DNA of 57,755 bases, filler included, from Sphacelaria rigidula (lineage: Eukaryota), in NCBI GenBank assembly GCA_964200075.2. It is 5 parts of 5 records of this genome, joined end to end, with 100 filler letters (N's around TTAATTAATTAA, not from the genome) between each part and the next. Parts side by side here need not be neighbours in the genome. Positions count along the whole stretch, not along the records: positions 34,716 to 46,186 come from CAXNAA020004888.1; positions 46,287 to 57,755 come from CAXNAA020004889.1; 3 more parts are not named here. The stretch is one strand, 5' to 3'. The notes under the pieces were generated by a model that saw only the letters and a list, made by a program, of their open reading frames with translations, did not search any database and was not told the DNA's origin. Shown here in pieces: positions 37,918-49,940 of the stretch. Every line of letters begins with the position of its first letter. Position 1 is the stretch's first letter. The translations under genes were made by a program, and so were the position numbers.

Positions 37918-38047
37918 TTAGTCCAAGTACCCTCTCGACTTGAAATAATGTAACGCGTACTTGCTATATTGCAATGGGTACCAGTACTCGTTCTCCCACC
38001 ATGCCGAATAACCGCCTTTCGCAAGCAGCTCACGTAGGATATCCTCC
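37918..38047 (-). CDS. Candidate terminal exon, possibly of the upstream GT2 gene
   Basis: CAG acceptor then EDILRELLAKGGYSAWWENEYWYPLQYSKYALHYFKSRGYLD*, ~200 bp before the CFAP300 ATG. Confidence 0.4.
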
Positions 38048-39306
38048 TGTGGCGAAGATCCTGTGACATCCGTATTCGTAATGAGGCATGTGTCAAATTG
38101 GGACGTACGTGATTTGATCACAATTCGAGCCGCAAATGGCGGTAGCTACCCAACGCCTGCATGGGACTCGCGGAGACAATACACGGAGGAGCGGAGTTGA
38201 ATAGGCCAGGTGGAGTGGCTGGAGTGGCGGCGTTGGATGCAGGCGAATGCACAGTGGAGGCCAAGCTCTCCGTGTTGAAATCACAGGAGAAGAACGTACC
38301 CTGGACGGTGCGTGGCGATTTTTGTCAAAGCGGTGGGGCTGTGTTGTTTCAATCCACGATGTTACGAGACTTGACCTGTTCAGTTTTGGGGAAGAGACAT
38401 GGGGATGGGGGAGGGAAGAGGGAGCAACGCATGCCTACCTTTTTGGTAGGATTTTTGAAGATTGCATATTCGAAGAAGAAGGAGAGACGTATGTTATTTT
38501 CCGCATTTTCATCTGGGGTGCTTTGTTGTTTGGTACCCTCTTGCTGATTTGCGTCCTCTTGTGTGTGCAGTGTGCAGGATGCGATTTTTTTATGATCTCT
38601 TGATTCCAGACAGATGTGGCGCGTGTTTATATTTTGTGTGTTTTCGAAAAGCAGCCGACACGAGAAAGAGCATCAACGCGCCAACATGTGCTCCCGTAAT
38701 GCACAGCATCTCAGAAACAGTGCTAAAGCACGAAGGGCACGGCCTTCACTACAGTGATCTACCGCTGCACGCTAAGCCCTCGATTGTGTTTCAGTCACGC
38801 CCCACTGAGTCGCTTCCCAAAATCCCGTGGTTTGCCCGGAGGGCACCCCCCAAGCGTCGATATGTTTTTTTTCAGCCCGCTCTTCGTGTTTTTGGCCAAT
38901 GAGAAGCCTTCATTCTTCTGCGCCTGTAACAACTCGTCTCTCGTCATGCGGCTGCCGAGTGCTACATTGGGTCGGAGGTGGAGGGTGTGTGTGGTATTTT
39001 GTTGAATTTGGAGATATTGTGGCACACAATCAGGCTGGCTCAAACTTCAACAACCGCAGCATCATGAGCGGGTGTTCATAGAAGTGAGTTTAGTGGGTTC
39101 TCCAGGGAAACACTTGTGAGTAAAAGTGCCAAAACTTGTGTCGAGCTTCGTGGGCCTTCATAGATGCTGTTGATGTTCCCCCTCGTTTTTGTGCCTGTAC
39201 TGTCTATTTTGGTTTCTTCTGCTAGCCTGTGACCACGGAAGGCGTCCGCATAAGATGCCCAGTACCAATGTACCGCGCAGATATCGGAACGGTTTTTATT
39301 GTGAAG

Positions 39307-39343
39307 ACAACAACAACAATAACAACAACAACAACAACAACAA
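39307..39343 (+). repeat. (CAA)n microsatellite
   Basis: About 12 units, read directly. Confidence 0.9.
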
Positions 39344-40366
39344 TGATGTTGTCTGTTCCAGTACACGCCATGTTCTTTGCCCTGGGTTCCCCTGTGCGGC
39401 TGTGTGCACAAGCAGCGGCGCTTTTCTCGACCAGAAAAAGGCAGAGTGCATCATACTTGCACATGCGCACGCGCCGAACCGAAGTTATGTTATATATACA
39501 AACCTGATTATAGGGATAACGACCCTCGGGTAAAAACCGGAGGCCAACAGTCTAACCAACTGTTGGACCCCGGTTGTACTTTTGTTAGATGTACAACATA
39601 TCCACCGAGCCATCAGTCAGCGCTGACTGATTACTCAGTGGATATGTTGTATATCTAACAAGTTACTTCGCGACAGATTCAGATCTGCCCTCTTACGTTT
39701 CCCCCCTAGCCCCTTCAGACTGTGATTATTTCCACTTATATTTATTGGGGACGGCGCGTTGTTAGGGACACTCCATCAAGGGATATACATATTGAAGGCG
39801 CGGTTCTCGACGGTTACGTGCGCGATTCAAGTGCCGGTTGTTGCGTTGGGTACTCCGAACCCCAATGCATCATATACTCCATTGGCCATTTCAGGGCATG
39901 TCCCGCGGTCAGATGAGTATAGCCGCAAAAAATATGTATTTTCTTGTTCAGGTTTAGAGTGTACGCCTTCGAAGCACAATGACAAGGGCCAAACGCTGTA
40001 GGGTGGGTGTGGAGGGCGAGCAAGGGTATGTAGGGTGTGAAGAGGGAGGGCGTTGCCTGCACGCGCGACTACCCCGTCAAGAGATTGGATTGTAAAACAA
40101 AATGTATTTGGGCGGAGTATCTCAGGACAGAAGAGGAAAACATGATTTATTGTCTCTGGTCGTAGTGAATTCCTCGAACAGCCCATTCACGTTTTGCGCC
40201 CCGATTAGCGAATTTAACCTCATGTGTGCGTGTGTTTTTTGGTTTGGAGGGGAGCGGGTGTGTGGAGGGGGGGTGTATTCATTTGTTGCTCGCCTTAGTC
40301 GCTTGACCATTGACCACGAACTTCTAAACGGAGCAGTGTGGGGCGCGCGTACTCATTTGTTACTTA

Positions 40367-40888
40367 CAGTAGGTGGCCCTGTATAGTGCGGGTATGGGAC
40401 AGGCGATTTTACCCGCACTAAACCGGGCACCCGCACAAAATGTTTTTTGTCCTTTATTGTGCGCATCCCGCACTAATGATGTGAACAGATTACCTCAATA
40501 GGATCAGGCAGAGCTCTCCTGCTGCACAGGGCATCGTACAGTAATCCTCTACAATCTACAGCTCTGTTGTGGATGGTAGGGGTACAGTACAGCAGTATAC
40601 TGTACAGTAGATGGTAGCTGTTGCTCTGCGTGTCTGGTAGGGGTACAGCAGTACTGTACTGCTGTATGTGCGGGGGAAACGTGTGAACTGTGCATGTTTT
40701 ACAGCCTTTGCAGTCGGGGACCCGCACTATGTAGGTCTCACAATGGTCCAAATACGCACTAAACTGGACGGTGCCCCTTATAGTGCGGCATCCGCACTAA
40801 ACCAGGTTCCGTCTGTGACAAGCGATTTCAGCCGCATTAAACCGGAAGGGCGCACTTTATAACCCGCACTATACAGGGCCACTTACTG
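40367..40888. mobile_element. Tc1/mariner-type MITE
   Basis: 27-bp TIR CAGTA(G/A)GTGGCCCTGTATAGTGCGGGT with one mismatch, TA on both flanks, and internal CCCGCACTA repeats. Confidence 0.88.
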
Positions 40889-40889
40889 T

Positions 40890-41202
40890 ATCCTCATCAT
40901 GGCCATTATCCTCATCACTACCATTATCCTTGCCATTGCTTGAACTATTGTCACCATCCGTATCATTGCCACCATTATCATCATTGTCATCATCCGTATC
41001 ATTGTCATCACCCTTCCCATTGTCATCATCCATATCATTGCCGTCATTCTTATCATTATCAACATCATCCTTATCATTGCCATTATCCTCATCATTGATC
41101 GTATCATTGTCCTCATCCTTGTCATCGTCACCACCCTCGCCATTAGCATTAGCATTAGCATCATCATCATCAATCATCACCATCATCAATCATCACCATC
41201 AT
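40890..41202 (+). repeat. Degenerate (TCA/CAT)n trinucleotide satellite
   Basis: Long ATCATC/ATTATC/TTGTCA low-complexity tract. Confidence 0.9.
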
Positions 41203-41667
41203 CTTGTACGGCCCCCTTCTCGAAAGCAAATGTGTGTGAGTGAGTGTATGTGTATATTTTCTCACTCTCGCTTCATTGTGTTTGCTTTCTCTTCGTTAAT
41301 TCTCAACTTTCCCCTCCCTCGAATTTCCTGTATTTACCTCGGGTACGCTTGTATTGTGTCCAATGACCACGGCTAGATTCGTAGGGGAACACTGTTTGCG
41401 CGACAATCACTCAATCAACCAAGCAACCGATCATCTTTCTGATCGTCATTACTGGCATCATTAGCAGCGCGACACGCAGACAATGAATGAAGAGAGGGAA
41501 CACGAAAGATACGTGTGGGATGTGGTTGATATTTAGGGCAGCCCACACCAAAGTTTCGTCACGCACAAAATATACACCATATGAAATTGAGGGGGCAAGC
41601 AGAGAGCGCGGCGAGATTCATGATCCGCTGACGATACCCACGCGAATGCAACATGAGGTCGGCCAAC

Positions 41668-44600
41668 CTGTTTGGGTGCCTTGTCCATGGTCGAGGCAAT
41701 GAATAGCAGCCAGAACATCCACAAGCAGACGGCGAATATTTTTTCCGCCACCGGGCAGGAAGTCTTCTCTCCATCGCCGCCGCCATCATCACCATAGTGC
41801 ATAATCATGAGGCGATCGTACAACTGTTGCCGTACACGGAGAGTAAAAGCAGTAGTAGAGCACACATGGTGAAAACCAACAGCGAGTAATCGTTGAAAAA
41901 ATAAGGAAAGTGGACGCGAGTTTCGCCGCCAAATCCTCACGGTCGACGCATTTCGGACACAACTCTAAACCCTAACCTTAACCCGTAGACGGCGAAAGTA
42001 GGTCATACGTTGAATCAGTATCAATTTCGCTTGAAATAAGTATCCATGATTCAGATGGACTACACTCGCGGTCTAAGGGTTAACGCTGACCCTAACCCTA
42101 AGCCTACCCTAAGGCTTTAATAGAGAACTCTTCGACAAGCAGTACGCACATGGTGGCCTAGCATACGTGATAGAGAGCTGCGGAAAACGCTTTTTTGTCA
42201 TTCCAGGGTGCAAATATCTCAGGATCAGAGTGTAACGAAAAAATATTTGCCCCTCCGTCAAATGTGATATCCCCTCAACTTTTTTTGATGAGGCGAGTTT
42301 TTTCTTCTGCACTCTAATCCTGAGATATTCGCACTCTGAAATGACAAAAAAAAAAGCGTTTCCCGAAATTCTCTAATATCACTCGATCATTTAGAGTAGT
42401 TCATAAGTTGAACCAGATACTCCGCAATTCTACTCTTTTTCGAGACACAACAGAACTACCCGAATAATTACCCTATTTTCTTCCGCACCGTTCCGAAGAT
42501 GAGCGCTAACCCCACGCCGACCGTGCCCGGCAACAGGAACGCGTTGATCCACATGGTCATCACCACCGCCGCCATGAGCCACCGAGACTTTTTGATCTGA
42601 AGATGCGGCGAAGGCCAACCGAAGATCTGAGAAGGCATCCCCACGAAGTACCCGGCCTAGCGGACACGGAGGGGGGGTTTGGGGTGGAGACGGGTGTGGA
42701 CTGTTACGTCCCGTACTATCGGTAAGTCGTAGCGTGTCATGCCGATACTTACCCACGTAACTATACTGGAACAAGGGCACATCAAGATGTAATCGTGTAT
42801 TGGCATGGATTTGGTGCACAAGCTAAAGATATACAGTACTGTACCGGAATGTTTTTCAGTTCCTATTTCAATTTTTCGAGCATGCAGCAGCAGCAGCAGC
42901 AGCAGTAAATTACATCTGAGAAGAAACGTCATCACTAGAGTTCAGAAATGGTACCACTTATAGCTGGTCATTATCATCATAATGGTAATAATGGTTACAT
43001 GAAAAAAAATGATGGATGGTTTCAAACCATTACTAACCGTCACCGGCTGTGTAGCTGTTACCGGCTACGTACGCTACATACAGCCCTTGAACGTTGGGCC
43101 AAATTTAACGTACTTTTTAGGTCTAGTGGAGGCAAATCGCGTAAAAACGTGCCTCCGGCACGGCGCCTCTAGCGGGGCCCTCCGGGGGCGTCTCCGGCGG
43201 GGCCCCCGCTGCCGGTGGGGGGTGCTTTTTGGCTCGCGGCTTCGCCGCTCGATAGCCAAACCATAATAATGTATGTACTATTTAACTGGTTAATGATTAG
43301 ACGAACCATGTCCGACCTCTAGTAATTGGGCTCGTCGCAGTAAAAGCCGAGGCTAGTAGTACTCTGGTGTGTACGGTGTCCTTCTATTTCAGACTTGGGC
43401 AACAATGCAACATTCACGTCCACGGACCGTCATGCATCTCTCGCACAAGCCCTACGATGCTGCAGGACTTCGAACGAACACACCCCCTTCTCCCCGAGAG
43501 ACACGCGATTTGGCTCCCGCTTCGTTTCGCGACTACTGAACTCTCGTACAGCTAAATCTACTCCTTCTCTGTCAGGACAGACACGCTGGCTCGACTCTGT
43601 TTTCCTGACGCTGGTGGAGTCATGAGCCAGGTGTGTCCGCTGCGAGGGCAATCCAAGTACACACAAAGGGTAGGGTGGATGAACGTCGGGGACAAGTCAT
43701 CGCTCACCTGATAAAATTCAAAGCCAACAATACATTGTACGATAGCCGGAATCAGTCCAATCACCGAGCGAGATACTGTACACCGAGTTTTGTTGCGATG
43801 AAATATGTATCACAGTGACCTCTGAGCTGTCAGTCAGTGCTGACTGAGCAGCCACCTCAGTGTTCTTCGTCCTCTTAGAATATTCATTCAAGCAAGACAC
43901 AGACTATTGCTTCGCATTTGATTCACGCATCAAGTTCGACGACACACAGATTTTACCTTGATCCCCGCAAGATGTCGACCCACTTCACTCATCTTTGTTC
44001 CTTAGCCAGCGATCTACAGTTGTTCTAAAAAACACACGCAAACATACACGCCATGATATGGCGCACGCTGGGGTATGACGTACGCACCTGCCATCTTCGC
44101 CTTTGTCCCATGAGCTCCGCCAGCGTCTCGGGCGCGTAGGTGTAGAAGCGAGTCACCACACACACTTTCGTGTCGTACCCAGCCTGCCAGATGTCAAGAC
44201 GCGTTCACAAGCCGACGGTACACATCTCATATAAATCACAACAGCGGATTGAAATGTAGACATCATCGGAAAATGGCAAGCTCAGCAAAGAGGACATTCG
44301 TGTGTAGCCCGCATTTTACATCCCCTCCAAAGCGCGCGGGAAACATAGTACAGTTCAATATTAGCGCCGAACCACTTCCTGCTCTCCGCCTCACTCCCAT
44401 GCCATATCCACGCCACAGCGAATCATACGCTGGCGAAACAAAGTCTCGCGCACTGCAGAACGAAACACAGCTGCGCGCAGCGACCTGCCAAACCGAAACT
44501 TTGCTTCGAGAGCGTGCGCAGCGCCCATGATAGACGCTGGTCATTATTCGTGTTTGTTTGGCCACCTCAAGCAGCAGCCTTCACGCACGCGTCTCGGCTC

Positions 44601-45887
44601 ACCCGCATGACGAACGTGGTCATCCCCTGGTCCTCGTTCATGTCCAAGTTCACGAGATCCACCAAGTGCTTACCCGGCGTTCGCGAAAACGCCTCCAGCG
44701 GTGCAAGAACCCCCTTAACCTTGCTCTCCAACAGAGCGCTGAGGATACGTACGCATGTACCGCAGCCGACAAGAAACAAATCAGAAAACAAAAACACACA
44801 CACACAAAACCGAATAGGCATTGGGCGTGCAGCACAATGATAGACAGCGACTATTATAGCGACTTTGACAGATCCGAGCGGAACTGGTCGGTACCACAAA
44901 CATATTAATTTTGCCATGCATGCACCTACACGTGAACATTTTCACCACACACCCTGAGGTATGAGTCTGACGATACGATACCACCCCCCTCATCGTGTAC
45001 TTTCCAGATTCGATGCAAAGACCTTCACAGAGTATATACTCCTCACGTAGCTGAAATAAGCACGCATGCATGGCGACGGACACAAGGACAGTCACTCACG
45101 ACGCACCAAGCACCAAGCATCGACCACCGAAACATGCAGTGGGGTCCTATAGGATGGTGTACTTGGTGATACCATGAGTCACTACTGCATCGCCCACGCA
45201 AGGCAAGGAATCGTGGAGAGCGAGCACAAACCGACGCATGTGCGCATACATATATATATATATGCGCGCACTCAGTGTTCCGGAAAGCTCACCTATATCG
45301 ATACATCACCGCCATCCCGAAGCACGCGATACTTCGTCCACACAGCGAGGAACCCCCGAACACCCCCGCGTAGGTGGTGCTGCAGTCAAAGCTCTGCATC
45401 AACGTCAAGGCATTTCTGCTCCGCTGCAACACTCGCACTTGCGAGGCGATGGCCCCTACATTCTTGCTACCTTGCAACAACCGCATCATCTTGCCCACAT
45501 TCTGCAGCCCGTAGCTCGACTCTGCGTTTGGCCTGCCGACCATGACAAAAGAATAAGAAACAAGACGCAGCAGCGACAGCGGGAGTGGACAGAATCGAAT
45601 CGGACCACACTACAACAGTACGCACCCATTACATACACCGTGCGGCGCCACAGGATATACATCCAAGGGATCTCATGGAAGAGGCGGGAAAGACAAAAAT
45701 GGGCCAACCATACAAACACGCAGCACCCCGAGCACGCGAGCCAACTCGTGAGCGTGAAACTTTCTGCATATTGGCTATTCCGCTGCACTACAGTCGGCGC
45801 CGTATACAAGACCATCATGACGGAATACACTTCTTCATCTAAGGCAAACGTATCATGCAGCACCCAGGCGGACACACCCCACCACAC
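41668..45887 (-). CDS. Processive family-2 glycosyltransferase, chitin-synthase-like; exons 45887-45813 (tentative), 45532-45293, 44738-44603, 44183-44088, 42656-42489, 41823-41668; both ends unresolved
   Basis: Phase-consistent splicing gives VGAIASQVRV..NALTLMQSFDC..GRSIACFGMAVMYRYS|ALL..LDMNEDQGMTTFVMR|AGYDTKV..FYTYAPETLAELMGQRRRWQ|AGYF.., followed by hydrophobic TM segments. The order QxF, YRxxAL, ED, TxAPE, QRRRW is that of chitin synthases. Confidence 0.85.
41982..42079. mobile_element. 98-bp piggyBac-type MITE
   Basis: TTAA on both flanks (41978-41981, 42080-42083); imperfect TIRs CCCGTAGACGGCGA and CCCTTAGACCGCGA. Confidence 0.7.
42173..42373. mobile_element. Foldback MITE with ~70-bp TIRs and TA flanks
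   Basis: GGAAAACGCTTTTTTGTCATTCCAGGGTGCAAATATCTCAGGATCAGAGTG matches rc of CACTCTAATCCTGAGATATTCGCACTCTGAAATGACAAAAAAAAAAGCGTTTCCC. Confidence 0.8.
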
Positions 45888-46186
45888 CTATTGGGGGTAC
45901 GGCACGCCTGCAGCACCGCTCAACGTCGGCATCTATGGAAGCACCGGACGGTATCTCCCTTATTGACGATAAATTTGCTGTCGTCAGTCACCTAGAGGAC
46001 TGAAAAAATTTGACGCCTGAGCACACATACGGCAAGAATAGTGCTTAATGTGTTCACCCGCCCCCCCCCCCTCCCCCTCCTCTTCCCCAATGGTCATGTG
46101 ACCACGGCATACGGCACGCAAGATAATGAGTACACCCGCCCCCCCCCTCCCCCCTCTCCCCCCCCCCTTCGTGGGGCGACAACCCG

Positions 46187-46286
46187 NNNNNNNNNNNNNN
46201 NNNNNNNNNNNNNNNNNNNNNNNNNNNNNNTTAATTAATTAANNNNNNNNNNNNNNNNNNNNNNNNNNNNNNNNNNNNNNNNNNNN
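46187..46286. other. Artificial contig linker
   Basis: N44-TTAATTAATTAA-N44. Confidence 0.98.
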
Positions 46287-48406
46287 AGAATCGTTAGGAG
46301 CCCCTGAACCAGACAAAATTTCGCGAAAAAAGTGCAATCCTACCGTAGCATTGCTCCAAGGAAAAGCCACGGAAACGCGTTTTAATCGTTCATGAGCAAA
46401 GAGTATTACATCGTGTGTGTCATACCACCCTTTGTTTATGAGTCACGGGCTCCATGGCGTTTACTCAGATTATTCGTGTACCCAGTTCCGATCCGTCAAC
46501 CGTAGGTCCCGGTACGCTCCGATCCTTCGCATTTCGACCCGTTATCCACTTGAACACACAGGGCGATCCCCGGCGAGCACTCGCTCGCGAAAAACATTTT
46601 GTTTCAGTGTATGCGCGTCCTGCTCAAGTCCATGTTAACCACGAAATATCTGGAAACTGACGAGTGCCAACGTTTTCGCCTTATGATCAACTGGGTTTCT
46701 TTGTTGGTTTTGTGAGTAAAATAGGCCCGCGCTTCACGACAACAGGCGGACCTACCTACCCAAGGTAAAATGGACACCGGAGGGCCGATTGGGACGGGTT
46801 TTTTTATTGAAAACTTCATTGTGCTCCTCAAATGAATCTGCAATATTCATACTAACTTGCGCAGTAGTGGAGACAAGTGAAAGTCGTCACAGCCAGTCTC
46901 GTTCCAAGCACTACCCTCGAGTGGCAGTCATGAGAAATCCATGGGTTTCCAGCGGGAAATGTTTTCGGATGCCGGGGGCGGGGTCTTCCAGTTCGTCGCA
47001 GGAAGCATACTAGATCAGCCGTGCGTGTTTCCAAGAACGTGTAGGTCGGTTAACCGGCCTGCGGTGAAGAGAGTGACCACAGTTGCGACGGGTCGAAATA
47101 CTCACCAAGTTCCCCCATAAATTCCTCCTTATTGCGTACCCGTCGGTCAAGTTGGTTGTGTCCATTCGGACAACGGCCTTTCGAACGATTGACGCACACG
47201 CTCAGTCTGCCCATCCTGTCTGCCCTCTCCGCGCTTGTTGTAACAGAACACAGTACAGTGTGCCTCCTGTCGAGGTTAACGACGCATTGTATAGACCACG
47301 CGCAGGACATACCGATGGTACATTGATTTTTGTTTCGGACCATTATGTTCAGCCGTCGACGAAAAAGTTTGAAGTTTTTATTCATCCATGCTTTTCTTCT
47401 GCTTCGGCGAGCGTCCCCCTTTGGTTTACCTTGGGGTACATATCTCTTGTGGATAATGACCACCACGGGGTTCCTCTGGGGTCATCGCTTCATGTTTCTG
47501 TGCGACAATCAACCAAAGAATCAACCAATTTGAGACCGCGCCTTGGGCTCGTTCTCAGGCTTTTCAGCACCCGCGGTCAACTGGAAACCCAGAGCAGGCA
47601 GTTCCGCTGAATGTTGGATGACATTCGTGTAGGCGTTAATGGCCGCTCGTTGGTCGTCCGGGCAATTGACAGATTATCGTTCGCGTTCTACCGTAATTTT
47701 GACGGATAGGATTGCAGCTTGACATGATTGACAGAGCTGGTTGGGTTGTTTTGTAGGCTGTGTCTACCGAAGGATCAGCAGTACACAGCACCTGTTGTTA
47801 GCAGAAGTTTGTGCGAAGGACATAGCCAGTCACATGGATGGGTGGTGAGCCACGTGATATGCTATGCAATGATCTTGTGTATTACAAACTTGGACAACAT
47901 GTACTCTAAAAATGTTCATGTGACGAGCTTCAGATGACCTACATGATTACATTGCCTTGGTTATCGGCCAAAATATGGAGCTCCCGGGTATCACTGGGAT
48001 CAATTACAGCCCATTACAATACAGCTGGTGTCCGGAGTCAAACAGTCAAGAACGCGGTGTGTGTTTCGAAGACAAAAGCTTGAGATGGCTGTTGTGAGTG
48101 TCAATAATCAAGGAATATCTAGCGAAGTGTGCTCCTTGCCATCCTTGAGCGTCATAGGCACTAGACCACCTCCTCAACCTAGCCGTTTTCCTCTCCCTTG
48201 TCGGCGTTCTTCTTGTTGCACCAACTATTGCCTTCGCGCGTGGGTGTCCTGTAGCCCCAGCCCTGTCGAGGTATAAGGAAAGCCCTCTATCCTTTGGGGG
48301 AAAATCGTCATCAGAAGGTACCGCGAACAACTCGCCGAGAAATCACACCGGAGCAAGAGACAGCGCATCATCGTTCAGCATCTACAGCAGGACAGTTGTA
48401 TCTACT

Positions 48407-49898
48407 ATGCCCGTCAAACGGCTGCATGGCGCGCTGTCGCGTCGAGGAAATCCCCGGTCACCTGCTTTCAGCTCCAGCTGCATTCATGGTGCCCTACCGT
48501 CACCGCGACAGTTCTTGTCGTTCGTCTTCTGCTTTCTGCTGCCATCTAGCATGCTCGGCCCGCTCTCGGCAGGGAGGCTGAACTTGTCTGGGCCGGTGGT
48601 GGCCTCTGCCGCTACATGTGACCCCACCGCCGAGCAATCGCTCTCGGTCACAGCTTCCACCGCTCTAAATCTATCGTCGGTTTTCGACTGCGAGGGCGGG
48701 ACGTTCGACGTGAGCTGGTCGGGCGCCGTCAACGTCACGGAATCTATTCGCATAGGCTACGGCACGGCTGTGACGATCGTGGGAGAGGGCGCCGAATCGT
48801 CAGCAGTCCGAGCTGCAAGCGCCTTCGGCCCGATCTTCGTCGCCAATGGCTCGGTGCTTTACCTCGAAGACCTAGCAGTTTGTAGTGGCAACGCTACGGA
48901 CATCGGGGGCGAGGGGCTTGTGAGCGGCGGGGGCGTGCACGCCGTCGACGCAACTGTGACGCTGGTCGGGTGCGTGTTTGAGGACAATTTTGCGCTGCAC
49001 ACTGGTGGAGGTGTCTTTACGAACCGGTCCCGGTTAGTGGTCCAAGACACGGAGTTTCGGCGGTGCAACGCGGGGCTCGAGACGGAGGCGGGCGGCAGTG
49101 ATGTGGCAGGAGAAGGAGGAGGCATTGAGGCAAGTACTGTACGGTACGATGAATGTAGTTTGCCGTATGGAGTCTACTGCCTTAGCTGATTGACGGTGCA
49201 CTGCCTTGAGGCCAATCATCCTGCTATGGGGTGCGACTAGTATTCGACTCTTTATACGTGACGAGTATTCATCCCTCTAGATGGAGTACACCACTTGCCC
49301 TGGTCCCGGGAGTTGCAAATCATTCGGCGGTGACAACATTACTGTAGGATCAGACTAGCGAACCACATAGGGCGCAGTCTCTCCCTGGTCTCAACCTCGG
49401 TTTCCAATTGTTCATTTGTTGTTGCTCAGGCCGAGTCCACCGACGTTCTCGTAGAGGATTGCTTGTTCGAAGACTGCTACGCCGGCTGGAGGGGAGGTGG
49501 GCTTCACGTCGACCGCGCAAGCATGTCTTTGACGAACTCCAGTTTTTCCAACAATGCGGCCGGGAGCGGAAACGTGAACGATGGTGAGGGAATCCAAAGC
49601 GGCTACTGAGACATTGGGACCTTGATTTTGCGTGAAAATTTTTATTGTGTCTCTGTATAGCTATGAACTGCTTTGGTTCGACTATCCTCCACTAGACTGA
49701 TCGCGTCCGTCTCGAACGTTTCATATACTAAACTAGTACCACGCCATTCTTCTGACTCTGATGCTCCTACACTGTTTCCATTGCCCCTGGCTCTCCGCCG
49801 ACCACCCGTTCCCTCATCCCGACCACTCTTCTAGCCTAATCGCCATATGTTCGTGTCATGCTATCTACTTCAACGATTCTCCCCTATCTCCACCCGCG

Positions 49899-49940
<42 letters not shown>

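Noticed and set aside
40490-40560. Possible further GT2 exon (IVEDYCTMPC..)
   Set aside because: Lies inside a mariner-type MITE.
40869-41376. Asp-rich, Met-rich and Ser-rich ORFs
   Set aside because: Translations of a degenerate trinucleotide satellite.
43706-43905. Possible GT2 exon(s) after QRRRW
   Set aside because: The frames are interrupted, and direct splicing to 42656 gives a better, in-phase QRRRWQAGYF.
46287-47650. Transposase, Fanzor or viral ORF in the coding-like debris (also 9900-10600, 20850-21760, 22590-23044)
   Set aside because: No RuvC, zinc-finger, DDE or RT motif recognised in the frames I could read. BLASTX would be needed to say more.
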